The position numbers were made by a program, and so were the translations under genes. Below, one piece after another: positions 53,884-64,000 of a DNA stretch of 64,000 nucleotides. Every line of letters begins with the position of its first letter. Positions within the stretch are counted from its first letter, which is position 1. This DNA is from Rhodothermales bacterium. Its GTDB lineage: Bacteria; Bacteroidota; Rhodothermia; Rhodothermales; Bin80. Below the pieces are notes generated by a model. It was not told where the DNA came from. It made no database searches and worked only from the letters and a program-made list of their open reading frames with translations. The DNA lies in contig OZ244857.1 in the NCBI GenBank assembly GCA_965220935.1, positions 2,440,929 to 2,504,928 of the forward strand, written 5' to 3'.

Positions 53884-54428
53884 GGTACGATACTTGCTCT
53901 CTGGAGCACGATATCCATGGCATGAATCCGCCTTACAGCAGAATTAACGGCTCTGCTGGTCAAAGTAGCACCAAGAATTGGTTGAATTCCTCTGTTAAGC
54001 TTCGTCTCTGCACCGACCATTTTACCTTCATACTGCCGGAGCCATCGCCGACTTGGAATGTACTCAGGAGGTTCCAAAAATGCCGTTACATCTACGCGTA
54101 ATACACGACCATCGCCCGTAAGTGAAATAAGTAGAGACTCTCTTTTACTTCTGACTGTATGCGTATCAACATATGATCGCCCAATCACTTGACCATCTCG
54201 GGTAATGATGAATCGAAGATACAATCTGGCTTTGACCTTTTCTCGGGATATTTTCTCAATTTGCTCCACTTGCTCCAGTGTCAAAAAGATCTGTTCTGAT
54301 GAAATGTTTCCATTTGGAAAAAGTGATCCAAGCGCCTCTTTCCTTGAAATCAACGAGGGCTGAGAATGTCCAATCTGCGCAAATAAAACAAGAATGCAGA
54401 TCACAGATATAGCCCGCACTGATCTCAT
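53880..54428 (-). CDS. FMN-binding domain protein (secreted/periplasmic)
   Basis: 182 aa with a signal peptide. The C-terminal GATLTSRAVNSAVRR matches the flavinylation site pattern (S/T)GA(T/S)xTS of FMN_bind domains, which are ApbE substrates. Confidence 0.65.
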   Translation of the reverse strand: MRSVRAISVICILVLFAQIGHSQPSLISRKEALGSLFPNGNISSEQIFLTLEQVEQIEKISREKVKARLYLRFIITRDGQVIGRSYVDTHTVRSKRESLLISLTGDGRVLRVDVTAFLEPPEYIPSRRWLRQYEGKMVGAETKLNRGIQPILGATLTSRAVNSAVRRIHAMDIVLQRASIVP

Positions 54429-54471
54429 GAATGAGACAACAAAAACAATGTGTACACTATGGGTCTAGTCA

Positions 54472-55731
54472 TCAGAATGCATAGCCAACATTGATATTAA
54501 ACTGATTGACGCCCGTGTCATTGTCATTGGTGACCGAAGTATAATCAACTTTCACAACGACCTGTGGAAGTGGCTTCAATTCAATACCTGCTGTGAGATA
54601 GGTGTTTTGATGTGACATATTTCGTTGAAATCCTGCAGGCACACTTGCTTGAGTGTCTACAATTTCATAACGAATATAGGGAGTGAGCGCTGTCTCAGAT
54701 TGTGTTTGCGAAAGAATATTATAGCCCGCTTGCACATACCCTCCCACCAACCGTTCACCGACCCCATCTTGGCCTTCCAGTCCTAACGCATTGTTCAAAC
54801 GGCCCGCTTCTCCAACAGTTGCAACGGCATACAATCCACGAAAATCAATTCCCTTGTACTGTACCTGTCCATGCGCCTCTACAATTGTCACTGTCACATC
54901 TACATCACGACTGCCCTCTTTGATTTCATTTTGGTCAGCCCCTCCTCGATAGACGCTCGTGCCTATAAACATTCCAGGTCTAGGACTGTAGTCAATACGT
55001 CCAGTAATGGCAAGGCTACTTGCTTTTGCTTTGACTCCTTTTTGCCGGCCACCTCTAAGACCTGACGAAGAAAATTTTGCCCCCTTAAATCCATTGACTA
55101 GGTATAGTCTGTATGAGAAATCGCCAGAAAAACCATAGATTCCGACGCCGTTTTCCCTCCATGTGGAAGGGATAATCACACGCTCTGTAACAGGCCGCTC
55201 CGACCCAATAAATACGGTTGGTTCATGGAGTTCATTGACTAATCCCACTGGCAGTAAGAGCATTCCTGCCCGCACACCAAGATGATTGGTCGCAAGCCAG
55301 TCAATGTAGGCAAACTCAACAAAAATTTCATTCGCATGCTCTACTTCAATTTCTGAGTTGAACAGAAACCTGTCATTGAAGCGATAACCAGCATAAAAAA
55401 TCGCTCTTAAATAGTCCAACTGAGTCGTTTTGTCTCCACTATAATTCTCATAGAGCATTTCTCCATAACCAGCAAAGGAAGCCCCTGATGTGATTCCATA
55501 GGTCGCAGCTGCTGATGGCGCGAGACCAAGAGCTCTGGACTCATCGGTGGTCAAATCATGTGATGCTTCCCCGCTTCGTAACAATTCTAACTCCTCTGCG
55601 AGGATTTCAATGCGACGCTCAAGCTCTCTGACCGAAGTGGTATCAACCTGAGCATGAATCGCCATATTACCGCTCACGAAAATATGCGTAATGATTACAA
55701 TAATGAATAAATTTATTCGTGTTAATGTCAT
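54472..55731 (-). CDS. Outer-membrane beta-barrel porin-like protein
   Basis: 419 aa with a signal peptide and an N-terminal coiled segment (RELERRIEILAEELELLRSGE). It shows an alternating beta-strand pattern and ends in ...NINVGYAF, a C-terminal aromatic residue. Confidence 0.6.
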   Translation of the reverse strand: MTLTRINLFIIVIITHIFVSGNMAIHAQVDTTSVRELERRIEILAEELELLRSGEASHDLTTDESRALGLAPSAAATYGITSGASFAGYGEMLYENYSGDKTTQLDYLRAIFYAGYRFNDRFLFNSEIEVEHANEIFVEFAYIDWLATNHLGVRAGMLLLPVGLVNELHEPTVFIGSERPVTERVIIPSTWRENGVGIYGFSGDFSYRLYLVNGFKGAKFSSSGLRGGRQKGVKAKASSLAITGRIDYSPRPGMFIGTSVYRGGADQNEIKEGSRDVDVTVTIVEAHGQVQYKGIDFRGLYAVATVGEAGRLNNALGLEGQDGVGERLVGGYVQAGYNILSQTQSETALTPYIRYEIVDTQASVPAGFQRNMSHQNTYLTAGIELKPLPQVVVKVDYTSVTNDNDTGVNQFNINVGYAF

Positions 55732-55959
55732 GATACAAAATGATGTTGATCGTCAAATTCCGGGGAAATGATATTCCAAAAGCCTTTATATAGATTTAGT
55801 CTAAATAAAGTTTCCTCACACCATGACAATTAAAACTCCCATCGGGATCAGGTGAATATCCGATTCTAATTGACAGACACTTTTGGTGGTCCCGAATCTC
55901 TGCTTTTGATTTCCAACCGCACCGAGAAGCGTTTTGATAAATCTTTGAGAATCAAACCC

Positions 55960-56604
55960 TTATTCAAAGAACTGCTTCCAGAACTCAGGCCTAACTGCAT
56001 GAATTTCAATCGTTCGGTTTTGGACTGGATGCTGAAAAGTTAAACGCGCGCAATGAAGTGCAATACAATCATGTTGAACTATTGAATGACTAGCACCATA
56101 ACGAACATCTCCTATCACAGGATATCCTCTATGGCTGAACTGGCAGCGGATTTGATGAGCTCGCCCAGTAATCAACTCTATCTTAACCACCGTAACCCTC
56201 TCGGAGTACTTCACGGATTCCCATTTCAATCTTGCAAACTTCCCCGCCTGACGTACATATGCGCGATCCGCTTCCTTGATCAGATAATCTTCCATTACTC
56301 CATTTCCAATCAGTTGGCCTTCCACGACGGCAATATACCTCTTTGTTATTTTTCTATGACGAAATGCAAGTGATAATCGTCGTGCGGCCTTTGATGTGCG
56401 CGCAAGAATCATGGCGCCTGACGTAGGACGGTCTAAACGATGAACCAATCCAATGTACACATTCCCAGATTTATTGTATTTCTCTTTGATATACTGTTTA
56501 GCCACGGTGACGACATCAAGATTACCTGTACTATCCTGCTGTGACAACAACCCTGCGGGTTTATTTAACGCTAATAAATGATTGTCCTCATACAACCACA
56601 TCAA
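55960..56604 (-). CDS. RluA-family pseudouridine synthase
   Basis: 214 aa. The catalytic block is GLVHRLDRPTSGAMILA (HRLD..TSG). ALNKPAGLLSQ and TGRAHQIRCQ are also present. Confidence 0.85.
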   Translation of the reverse strand: MMWLYEDNHLLALNKPAGLLSQQDSTGNLDVVTVAKQYIKEKYNKSGNVYIGLVHRLDRPTSGAMILARTSKAARRLSLAFRHRKITKRYIAVVEGQLIGNGVMEDYLIKEADRAYVRQAGKFARLKWESVKYSERVTVVKIELITGRAHQIRCQFSHRGYPVIGDVRYGASHSIVQHDCIALHCARLTFQHPVQNRTIEIHAVRPEFWKQFFE

Positions 56605-56639
56605 TCCAAATTATTCTGATCACCAATATCGACGTTGCC

Positions 56640-58921
56640 CAATATAACCTACACCAATGAATACTCCCGATTGATTGAGCCGCCGAGTAATGTTGATTCG
56701 CACTTGTATCCGCGCAATGCTAACGGTCGCTTCTTGAATCCAATGCCCGTCAACATATATATGGCAGTACCTGGGCGAAGACTCACATTCTGTCCCACCA
56801 GAAACTCCAACCGTAACGCTTCAAGAAAAGATTCCTAAAATCATGCTCCCAATGAAGCCCTATGATTTGACACCCAATCAGTCGCTGATTTCGTACAGAG
56901 CGAAGCGCCCCCAACTCTGCAGTAGTCCCAATGCTTCCCTCAGCGAACGGCCATCGATCGCGCGGCGCACTGTTGGTGATCCAACCAGCGTAAAAACGTA
57001 AGGAAAGCTTCGCTGGCGCTGGACGACGGCGCATTAATGTACTAAAATGATAATCCCCAATGAATGTCGCCTTCAGATCTCTACGACTGGCAGGAGAATT
57101 TGCAAATTCAATCATGAGATCGACTCTTTTGGATGGATTGATGTAATAGGGTTGCCACGGATCACCTGTTGCAAACCTAACTCCAAGAGACTGCCTCTGG
57201 CCTGACATGATTGGCAGATTATCTGAGAATTTCTTCCTGAGGGGCCATGGGCTTTGATCCGAGATGCTAATGAATCAATCCACGCGTAACTTGCCTCAAC
57301 CGTCATCCTGATCCTTCGTGATTGGTAATGTGCACCACCGCGAATATTGACTGACCAGTACCAATCAAAATAATCTTGTGCAGAAAATCTGGCAAACAAT
57401 GAATTGATGACTTCGCTAAGAATCAATGTTCCGTTCTGTGGCTGGGAATTTCGGTCAATAACTAAAAAGGTGCTCCAAGTGCTACTTCGCTTGTTGTAAA
57501 CTGCCGCCGCCCTAAGTTCAAAGATTGACCAATACGTGCAGAAAGGATCATATTTTCCCCATAGGGAAATGACCTGAGTCCGCCAAAAAGTACCCCATCC
57601 ACTCGGTTATACCTTACCCAAGGAATCAACCCTAAAATGCTTGGCCATGTAAATTGCGATGGATCGCCAAGATGAAGGCCATACACATAATCTCCAGAAG
57701 TGGGCACCAATTGATCTGGTGAAAATGCATGGCGGAGCGTCAGTAGTTTCTTCCATCTTAATTCATCTAAAGCTTCTGATTCTAACGGTGTCAGAGCAAC
57801 GATATCTATCCCCATCAATAACAAATCATCTCACAGGACAGAAACTGTATCTACCTGTAACTTATCCTCATGAGTGAAAGGTGTCTCTGGGATGGGGTTG
57901 TTGACTTGACAATCAATCTAACATTTTGCTTTACTACAGCAGGCCTGGTACGCTGACCATTTGGCGCTACATGAATCCAGCCTTGCAACTGAAGATCAAT
58001 CGGAAGCCAGAACGAATCAACTTGAGCAAAATTCTGGCGGTGCGAAGTACTCCAGTCACGAGTATTAGGGTCATAGATCACATGTGATGCTGGTTCCAAG
58101 TCTGTCTCAACCATGGCATACAGGCTGTCAATGATTGAGATCCGACCAATGACTGTGGCCTCTTGATTGATCTTCGGAGCAACGTATATATCGTATAATT
58201 GATAGTTATTCCAGTTGCGCCGCCCTGCAAATATAAATGTATAATGCTTCAATGCATCTGGGTGAGTCGGTCCGAAAAAAGTGACTCCGTTGATTTCCAC
58301 TAGATCCGAAGAAAAATCCTGTGGGGCAACGCTCAACCCCAATTGCTCATGAAAATCTGACGTTGATCGCTCTGGCCGAATCACACCTCTGATGCCCTTA
58401 TCTTTTTATAATATCTGTCAAAAACAATCTCATTGATTAAAACATTCCTGCCTTTGTTTGGCAAGTGATTCTTGAGTAGACTCTCGCTTGATGTGATTGT
58501 AGATAAGCCCTACGCATGGCTTTCCTGCGAATGACTTCTTCCATGATCGCAGTGGCCAGATAATCTCCAGTGATGAGTAATTCTGGAAGTTGTATTGGTA
58601 CTGATTGAAGCGTAACTGCGATTGATTTCGGGCCATTAGGGATGAGCTCTGTCCGTACAGAGTGATAACCAATATGCTGAAAAATAAGCGTCGCTGGAAG
58701 TTTAGGAATCGTGATTTCAAAATGCCCCTCTCGATTTGTAATCGTGCCCTGATCACTATCTTCCAATACATTATGTGCAGAAGCTAGGGGCAAAAGCGTC
58801 ACTGAATCCTGACACTACCCGTAATCAGAATTTGGCCAGTCGCCTGCCCTGAGCAGAACTGAAAGGCTACATATCCTACTAAAATGACTACTTGGGTCGC
58901 TCTCCCTCGTTGAGATTGCAT
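56640..58921 (-). pseudogene. Frameshifted paralogue of the adjacent DUF5686/CarboxypepD_reg-like gene
   Basis: Five consecutive minus-strand ORF pieces (58437..58802, 57851..58384, 57462..57824, 57112..57426, 56783..57208) are collinear with the 780-aa protein at 59011..61353. Examples are QGTITNREGHFEI vs QGTITNSYGLYAIE, HPDALKHYTF vs HPDALDHYNF, and GLHWEHDFRNL vs GHWEHNFRTL. My translation upstream of 58802 finds a signal-peptide-like start at ATG 58921, followed by another frame break. The 3' limit is approximate. Confidence 0.75.
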
Positions 58922-59010
58922 GGTCAGCGATCGTACAACTTTGCTGAAAAATCAATGAGGCATTTCAACATGCAGAAGCATCAACTAACCACCAATAATT
59001 TCCTGAACAA

Positions 59011-61353
59011 TCAGAAAATTCGCGCAACACTGAAGGATGGATTCACTATATTTTCTCCGAGGCGATACGCCAAGTTAACACGTATGATCCCTAAGATTCC
59101 ACTCACCGAAACGCCTAATTCATTATGGCGAATCCAGTCATTGTTGGCTCGTTGGGCTCCCCGAATAAATGCATGCCCTCCAAAAGCAATAATGCTAAGC
59201 CCATTGTTGACAAAAGATCGCATGCCAAGCACTTCAAATGGTAAGGTACGAAAGTTATGCTCCCAATGCCCAAAGACTATACCGTTGCCACGGTAGGGTA
59301 ATCCCCTTAATGTGTAAAGTGCACCACCCCAATGATAGGCGGCAATGCCGCCTTCAACAATAAATGAACGTTGCGGGGGCAGTTCGCGGCCACCATCAGA
59401 TGCCAGTCCTACAGAAAACCCGAAGTCAAGTGTAGCAGGTATAAGTCTCCTCTTTAACAATGTATTTATCCGCCAACCTGCATTCAAATAGTATCGCGTA
59501 AAGGTGAACTCTGATCCAGGGGTTGTGATTTCTACACTCGATTTTAAATATCGTTGAGGCCCAAATTGTAGGTGATTCGACTTCTGGCCGAAAGAAAATT
59601 CAACCTTCACACTTTGTAAATCGCCCTCAGGAATCAGCGGATTGAGGCGCTGCGGCTCACTGTTACCAAACAAGTCATAACTTACATTCCCAGTCAGAGA
59701 CCTGTGTGATTCATGCAAAAATGTCCCTGAGATCGTTGCAGAACGCCAACCGAGTTGATACCCTGCAGTTCCAGTTATGCCCTCTCGGCGGTAATAATCA
59801 AAATAATCCATCTGACCCAATAGCATCAATGCGGAGTTTAGCAGTGGGCGTCTTGCATCTGATATGTAAGTAGGCGCATTTTCGGCGTGGTATTCCACAT
59901 CAACAAACCAGCCCTTCTGATATCGTGCCGATCCTTTATATGTGATTCTTGATGCGCCTCGCTGACCAGTGCTGAGTCCTCCTTGAAGCCTTAGGTCAAG
60001 AGCATCTCCGATTTCTGTTCCCACTTCCAAGCCTCCATGAAAAGCATCGACCCGATTATACCATATATATGGCGCGATAGTTGGGAATGAAATGGCTGAT
60101 AACGCTCTAAGAATGGCTGGGCGATTACCATCAGATGGAATCAATTGACTCATCGCCCCCGTTGGAGCATAGGCTTTTTCAAGAGTGTCAGTGCTGTCAA
60201 TTGATGCATAGGCAATTGATTCTTCTGGGGTAAGTGGGACAATGGTGCCTTCACGCTCAAATGTATCACCAGAGGCAATCGCTAGCGAATCCACTACAAA
60301 GTATTGCTCATTTTCAAAAACGCTATCAGGCAGAGTCACATTCAATTGGTAGTCTGTTAGTCTGGTGACCATCCTCATATCAATAGTCGGGATCGTTAAT
60401 AATGGACCTATAGAAATATCTAACGCTACTTGTGTGCGTAAATCAGTGGGTAGCCAAACTTCTCCGCTGTAATTCGAAAATTGCTGCTGATAGGCGACCT
60501 CGGACACCTGTATGGGATACGGAAAAAGGAACGCTGGACCAGGCCTCAACTGAGCTTCTATGAGAGCAAATTCACCATCCAAGACCGACACACGACCCAA
60601 AAACCCGCTTGTGTATACATTCTTCGTCCCAACCTCTATATCATAAACAATCACATCATCTACTCTTCGTGTGCCCTTCAATGTAAAATTGTAGTGATCT
60701 AACGCATCTGGGTGGGTTATGCCGATCAGTGTATGGCCCGCTGTTCTGATATTATCATTGTAGAGATTGGTAAACAATCCTCCCACGGGGATTGCATCCG
60801 CAGAAGGAAGATTTCCAGTTTTTTTATTCATCGTTATCTTCCCGCGATGCCCTCGCTCATGATCCCACCAGACCGTAGCGCCAGACTCTTTAATTGCAAC
60901 AATTCCTGTATCATTGGAATAGGTGATTCGGCCATATGCCTCAACTTCAAGTGTTTTAAGTTTTTGCTGCCATTGCTGTTTTTTCTCAATGACCTGACGC
61001 ATGATCCATACAGCAGGATCCTCATCGGTAATCACCATCTGATCCATTTCAAACCCAACAGGTTCTAGCTTAAATTCTATGGAATCTAAGCCATCAACAG
61101 TGAGCGTATCGGTTCTATAACCGATATAACGCACAACAAGATCTACTGGAAGATGATTAACTTCAATGGCGTACAACCCATAACTATTGGTAATTGTACC
61201 CTGGAAAGTCCCAGCAATCTGGACTGTGGCTGCGGGCAGGGGCTCATTAGATGTGACATCACTCACACGCCCTCGAAGAACTTGACCATTGGCCTCTGCA
61301 GACCCAATGGCCATGATAAGCAACAATATTACACAGTTTAGATAATTATTCAT
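59011..61353 (-). CDS. CarboxypepD_reg-like domain + DUF5686-type outer-membrane-associated protein
   Basis: 780 aa. It has a signal peptide (MNNYLNCVILLLIMAIGSAEANG), an N-terminal GRVSDVTSNEPLPAATVQIAG...ITNSYGLYAIE block (carboxypeptidase-regulatory-like fold), and a long beta-rich C-terminal region. The DUF5686 label is from memory, not from a search. Confidence 0.6.
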   Translation of the reverse strand: MNNYLNCVILLLIMAIGSAEANGQVLRGRVSDVTSNEPLPAATVQIAGTFQGTITNSYGLYAIEVNHLPVDLVVRYIGYRTDTLTVDGLDSIEFKLEPVGFEMDQMVITDEDPAVWIMRQVIEKKQQWQQKLKTLEVEAYGRITYSNDTGIVAIKESGATVWWDHERGHRGKITMNKKTGNLPSADAIPVGGLFTNLYNDNIRTAGHTLIGITHPDALDHYNFTLKGTRRVDDVIVYDIEVGTKNVYTSGFLGRVSVLDGEFALIEAQLRPGPAFLFPYPIQVSEVAYQQQFSNYSGEVWLPTDLRTQVALDISIGPLLTIPTIDMRMVTRLTDYQLNVTLPDSVFENEQYFVVDSLAIASGDTFEREGTIVPLTPEESIAYASIDSTDTLEKAYAPTGAMSQLIPSDGNRPAILRALSAISFPTIAPYIWYNRVDAFHGGLEVGTEIGDALDLRLQGGLSTGQRGASRITYKGSARYQKGWFVDVEYHAENAPTYISDARRPLLNSALMLLGQMDYFDYYRREGITGTAGYQLGWRSATISGTFLHESHRSLTGNVSYDLFGNSEPQRLNPLIPEGDLQSVKVEFSFGQKSNHLQFGPQRYLKSSVEITTPGSEFTFTRYYLNAGWRINTLLKRRLIPATLDFGFSVGLASDGGRELPPQRSFIVEGGIAAYHWGGALYTLRGLPYRGNGIVFGHWEHNFRTLPFEVLGMRSFVNNGLSIIAFGGHAFIRGAQRANNDWIRHNELGVSVSGILGIIRVNLAYRLGENIVNPSFSVARIF

Positions 61354-62509
61354 GTCTGGTCATATCTATAAACCTCTTGATGGCATCAGCATGCCGTCGG
61401 CCATCTTCATAACCCAGTTCAATGACCTGCTGAATAAAATGTGGATTAAATAGAATCACACTGAGCCAATCGGGGCTGAGCGTTTCTTCACTACCCAAAC
61501 CTCGTGTCAACATGCGTAACACACCCTTAGTATTCATATCAAATCCATGCGCGAGTTTACCAATATCCCTTGAAGGCTGGATAAGTAAGACGTTTACTGG
61601 TCGGATTCCGTTTCGCTCAAATTCTGGAGTATGCAAAGCTAATTTTGTGATTCGATTTGCCATTCGTACATCATGATCAAATGCATCCAAAAATGTAGCG
61701 TTCAACATAATTCCCATGACCTGAGCTGCTGGTGGATACCCATGAATTAATGGTAATGAGGCCTCTATCTGAGTACGCACATGCTTGGGGGAAATACAAA
61801 TAATGTCTGTTGCCCCAAGGTGGAGGGTTGGGGATAGTGGAGCGATCAGACGAATTCCACCATCTCCATACCATGCACTTCCAAGCTTTACGGCTGGAAA
61901 CAACAGGGGCAGTGAACTAGATGCCATCACATGGTCCAGTGTGATCTCGCCCTGATGAGCCACACGATTCGGGCGTTCCCATTGCGAAATTCGACGCCCT
62001 TGTATCCAACTCACAGACTCCCCAGTAGTGAAACTGGTGGTCGTAATGCACAGTGCTGCCAATTCTTTATTATCTATATTTCTACCAATCTGTGGCAACG
62101 AACCATCTGGTTTAGCAGGTAACTGCTGCGAAAGATACTGGCGAAGAGGTTCGGTATCCAAAATTGCTTCGCCCTCATTGACACGAATGCCTGGGTTGTT
62201 GAATAAATTTGCGGGCAAAATTCTCCGAATGAGACTCATGGATGACTCCGCCTTGAACACCTTATCTTGATCAATGTGGCTCCAGCAGCGCATTAAGGCC
62301 TCCGCTCCGTGGAGGCCAGAGTTTCCAGCCAAAAATGCAGCATTGATCGCCCCCGCAGAAACACCTGTGATGATGGGAAACGAAATATCAGAGGACAGGT
62401 CATGCATGTAATGAATGACACCCGCCTGATAAGCAGCACGAGCACCTCCCCCGCCAAGCACAAGCGCTAATTGTCTTTTTTCATGAATCTCAATCATTGG
62501 TTCACCCAT
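61346..62509 (-). CDS. Patatin-like phospholipase
   Basis: 387 aa. It carries the oxyanion loop LGGGGARAAYQAGV, the nucleophile elbow GVSAGAINA (GxSxG), and the catalytic Asp in YGDGGIR (DGG). Confidence 0.85.
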   Translation of the reverse strand: MGEPMIEIHEKRQLALVLGGGGARAAYQAGVIHYMHDLSSDISFPIITGVSAGAINAAFLAGNSGLHGAEALMRCWSHIDQDKVFKAESSMSLIRRILPANLFNNPGIRVNEGEAILDTEPLRQYLSQQLPAKPDGSLPQIGRNIDNKELAALCITTTSFTTGESVSWIQGRRISQWERPNRVAHQGEITLDHVMASSSLPLLFPAVKLGSAWYGDGGIRLIAPLSPTLHLGATDIICISPKHVRTQIEASLPLIHGYPPAAQVMGIMLNATFLDAFDHDVRMANRITKLALHTPEFERNGIRPVNVLLIQPSRDIGKLAHGFDMNTKGVLRMLTRGLGSEETLSPDWLSVILFNPHFIQQVIELGYEDGRRHADAIKRFIDMTRHE

Positions 62510-62628
62510 AAGTCATACGACTCAATCTCAAAATCTCTCTCATGGTATTGTCTTACCATTGATAATTTAATCAATCAGAGTGCTGAACTACTCTGAGTAG
62601 ACCAAGAGAGATCTACTGTCGTGTCGTG

Positions 62629-64000
62629 TTATTTTTCTGATGCGTCAATGATTTCATCAACAAGAGGTTTGGCCTGATATATGTTTTCAAGTGAAGCGAG
62701 AATTGCACGAACATCTACCGAAACTGCACGCGCTGCTTGATCAGAAAACACATACACATTTGGGAGAGATTCAATATTACCGTCAAAGATTAATCCTACA
62801 ATCTCAAGGTTATGATTCAGTAATGGTGACCCTGAATTTCCACCCGTAATATCGTTGGTGCTCACTAAATTCAGTGGGGTAGAAAGATCAAAGCTGTCGG
62901 GTGGAGTCTGCCACTTCTCTGGTAAATCCCAGGATTCACTCAAACCTTGATAGGCATAGTAATGGTCATACAGGCCATAAAATGTTGTAAACGCAGGAGC
63001 ACGGGTTCCATTATACGAATACCCAGCGACTGTCCCATCCGAAATTCTAAGCGAAAACGAAGCATCTGGGGGGACATCAGTTCCATAAAGCGCAAAACGG
63101 AGAGATGCTAACTCTGCAACGAGTAAATCTTCTCTATTATTAAAGCTTTCTGCCTGTTGTTGTGCAGTAAAATACAATGGTGCCAAAGCGCTGATCACAG
63201 GTACGGTTGGATCATCACTATTTAGAAATCCATTATCTAAAAGTTTAGCAAATCCTGCAGAATCCGTGAGTGCTGTTGAAGTCGTTATTGTTGAAGCCAG
63301 ACTATCAATTGTCAGTCCACCTAAAAGGCTTCGCATGGTAGGGTCCTGTGCACCGAGAGCATCCTGAACTTCTTGAAAACGGATAATCATCATTGTTTTG
63401 TCCACCTCAACTGGAATATCTTTGAGTGCAAGAGCATCTTTACGGATGTCATCCAATGCCTGCTGATCTGCAAATCCTCGGCGTTGCATATTTGCATGAT
63501 AGTATCCATACAATGCACGCGTAAGAATACGAGATCCCACAGAAGTACCAAAGAAGTTGAACGCTCTCATACGAGAGGCCTCTGCGCGTTTAGATAGTTG
63601 AAATTCATTCAATTCGTCAAACACAGAACCATAGCGCGCTGTCAGTGAATCTGACTTGAACAGATCCTCCTTCACTTGAATTTCACCAGCGCTCCGGCGG
63701 GCGATCAACGTATCGTTGCGAAGTCCATCTAATTGTCCAGAGAGCGATTTCAAAGAATTACTGAGACTGAACCACATATTATCAAGTGCATCCGCGTCTG
63801 GATCATCAATTCCTCTGTACGACCTCAGCAGGACTTCACGCTTTTTGAGCGCCTCTACTTGCTGAGCTAACACATGATCTCTTTCATGAATGAGCTGAGA
63901 CACCGTACCGAATCGGCTCGTTGATCCTGGATTCCCTACAACAAAAACTGGTTCTCCGATCTGTGGGCCCTGGCGACTCCACCGATAATAATTTGGCGTT
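62629..64000 (-). CDS. S46-family serine peptidase (DPP7/DPP11-like), N-terminus outside the window
   Basis: The C-terminal block TNDITGGNSGSPLLNHNLEIVGLIFDGNIESL holds the catalytic Ser. My translation upstream of the track's GTG (63903) stays open to the window edge, reading ...TPNYYRWSRQGPQIGEPVFVVGNPGSTSRFGTV. Confidence 0.8.
   Translation of the reverse strand, partial: TPNYYRWSRQGPQIGEPVFVVGNPGSTSRFGTVSQLIHERDHVLAQQVEALKKREVLLRSYRGIDDPDADALDNMWFSLSNSLKSLSGQLDGLRNDTLIARRSAGEIQVKEDLFKSDSLTARYGSVFDELNEFQLSKRAEASRMRAFNFFGTSVGSRILTRALYGYYHANMQRRGFADQQALDDIRKDALALKDIPVEVDKTMMIIRFQEVQDALGAQDPTMRSLLGGLTIDSLASTITTSTALTDSAGFAKLLDNGFLNSDDPTVPVISALAPLYFTAQQQAESFNNREDLLVAELASLRFALYGTDVPPDASFSLRISDGTVAGYSYNGTRAPAFTTFYGLYDHYYAYQGLSESWDLPEKWQTPPDSFDLSTPLNLVSTNDITGGNSGSPLLNHNLEIVGLIFDGNIESLPNVYVFSDQAARAVSVDVRAILASLENIYQAKPLVDEIIDASEK

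Noticed and set aside
58892-59296. A 134-aa plus-strand ORF spanning the junction between the DUF5686 gene and its pseudogene.
   Set aside because: It overlaps the 3' end of the well-supported minus-strand 780-aa gene and the 5' end of the pseudogene, and it has no motifs.

Overview
The window looks like a low-GC Bacteroidota/Balneolota-type chromosome. That taxon call is an inference from gene content only: a T9SS C-terminal sorting domain, TamB, a DUF5686-type protein, an S46 peptidase and a SASA-type esterase. About 2.6-38.7 kb is an accessory island between an OsmC-like gene and hemL. In order, the island holds four things. (i) A translationally coupled three-gene, DISARM-class-1-like operon (3151-15491). 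It encodes a 1746-aa DExH helicase fused to a DUF1998 zinc module and a DUF559-like nuclease-fold tail, then an SNF2-family helicase, then a 1417-aa gamma-class N6-adenine methyltransferase. The methyltransferase ORF carries a perfect (GTCA)x20 tetranucleotide tract, a predicted phase-variation switch. No PLD (drmC-type) gene is present. (ii) An AddB-like/AddA-like nuclease-helicase pair (15795-21820). (iii) A tandem array of four mosaic ~400-aa P-loop ATPase paralogues (22.2-29.9 kb). One copy is split by a 2.6-kb IS256-family element with 28-bp TIRs and an 8-bp target duplication. Decayed remnants lie at 30.08 kb and 40.1-40.4 kb. (iv) A decayed tnpB element (30951-38580) that itself received a 6.25-kb GC-rich insertion flanked by a TTAAAG duplication. 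The only gene in that insertion is a 15xFN3 + 2xIg-like + T9SS-CTD protein with no visible signal peptide. The remaining ~24 kb is mostly housekeeping: hemL, an esterase, tamB, an HhH-GPD glycosylase, an ApbE/FMN-binding/porin cluster, an RluA-type synthase, a patatin and an S46 peptidase. It also carries a Doc toxin-antitoxin pair, a DUF4143-type ATPase and a frameshifted DUF5686 paralogue. I saw no rRNA, tRNA or CRISPR array. All functional calls rest on motifs read by eye from the sequence and the supplied translations; no database search was possible.
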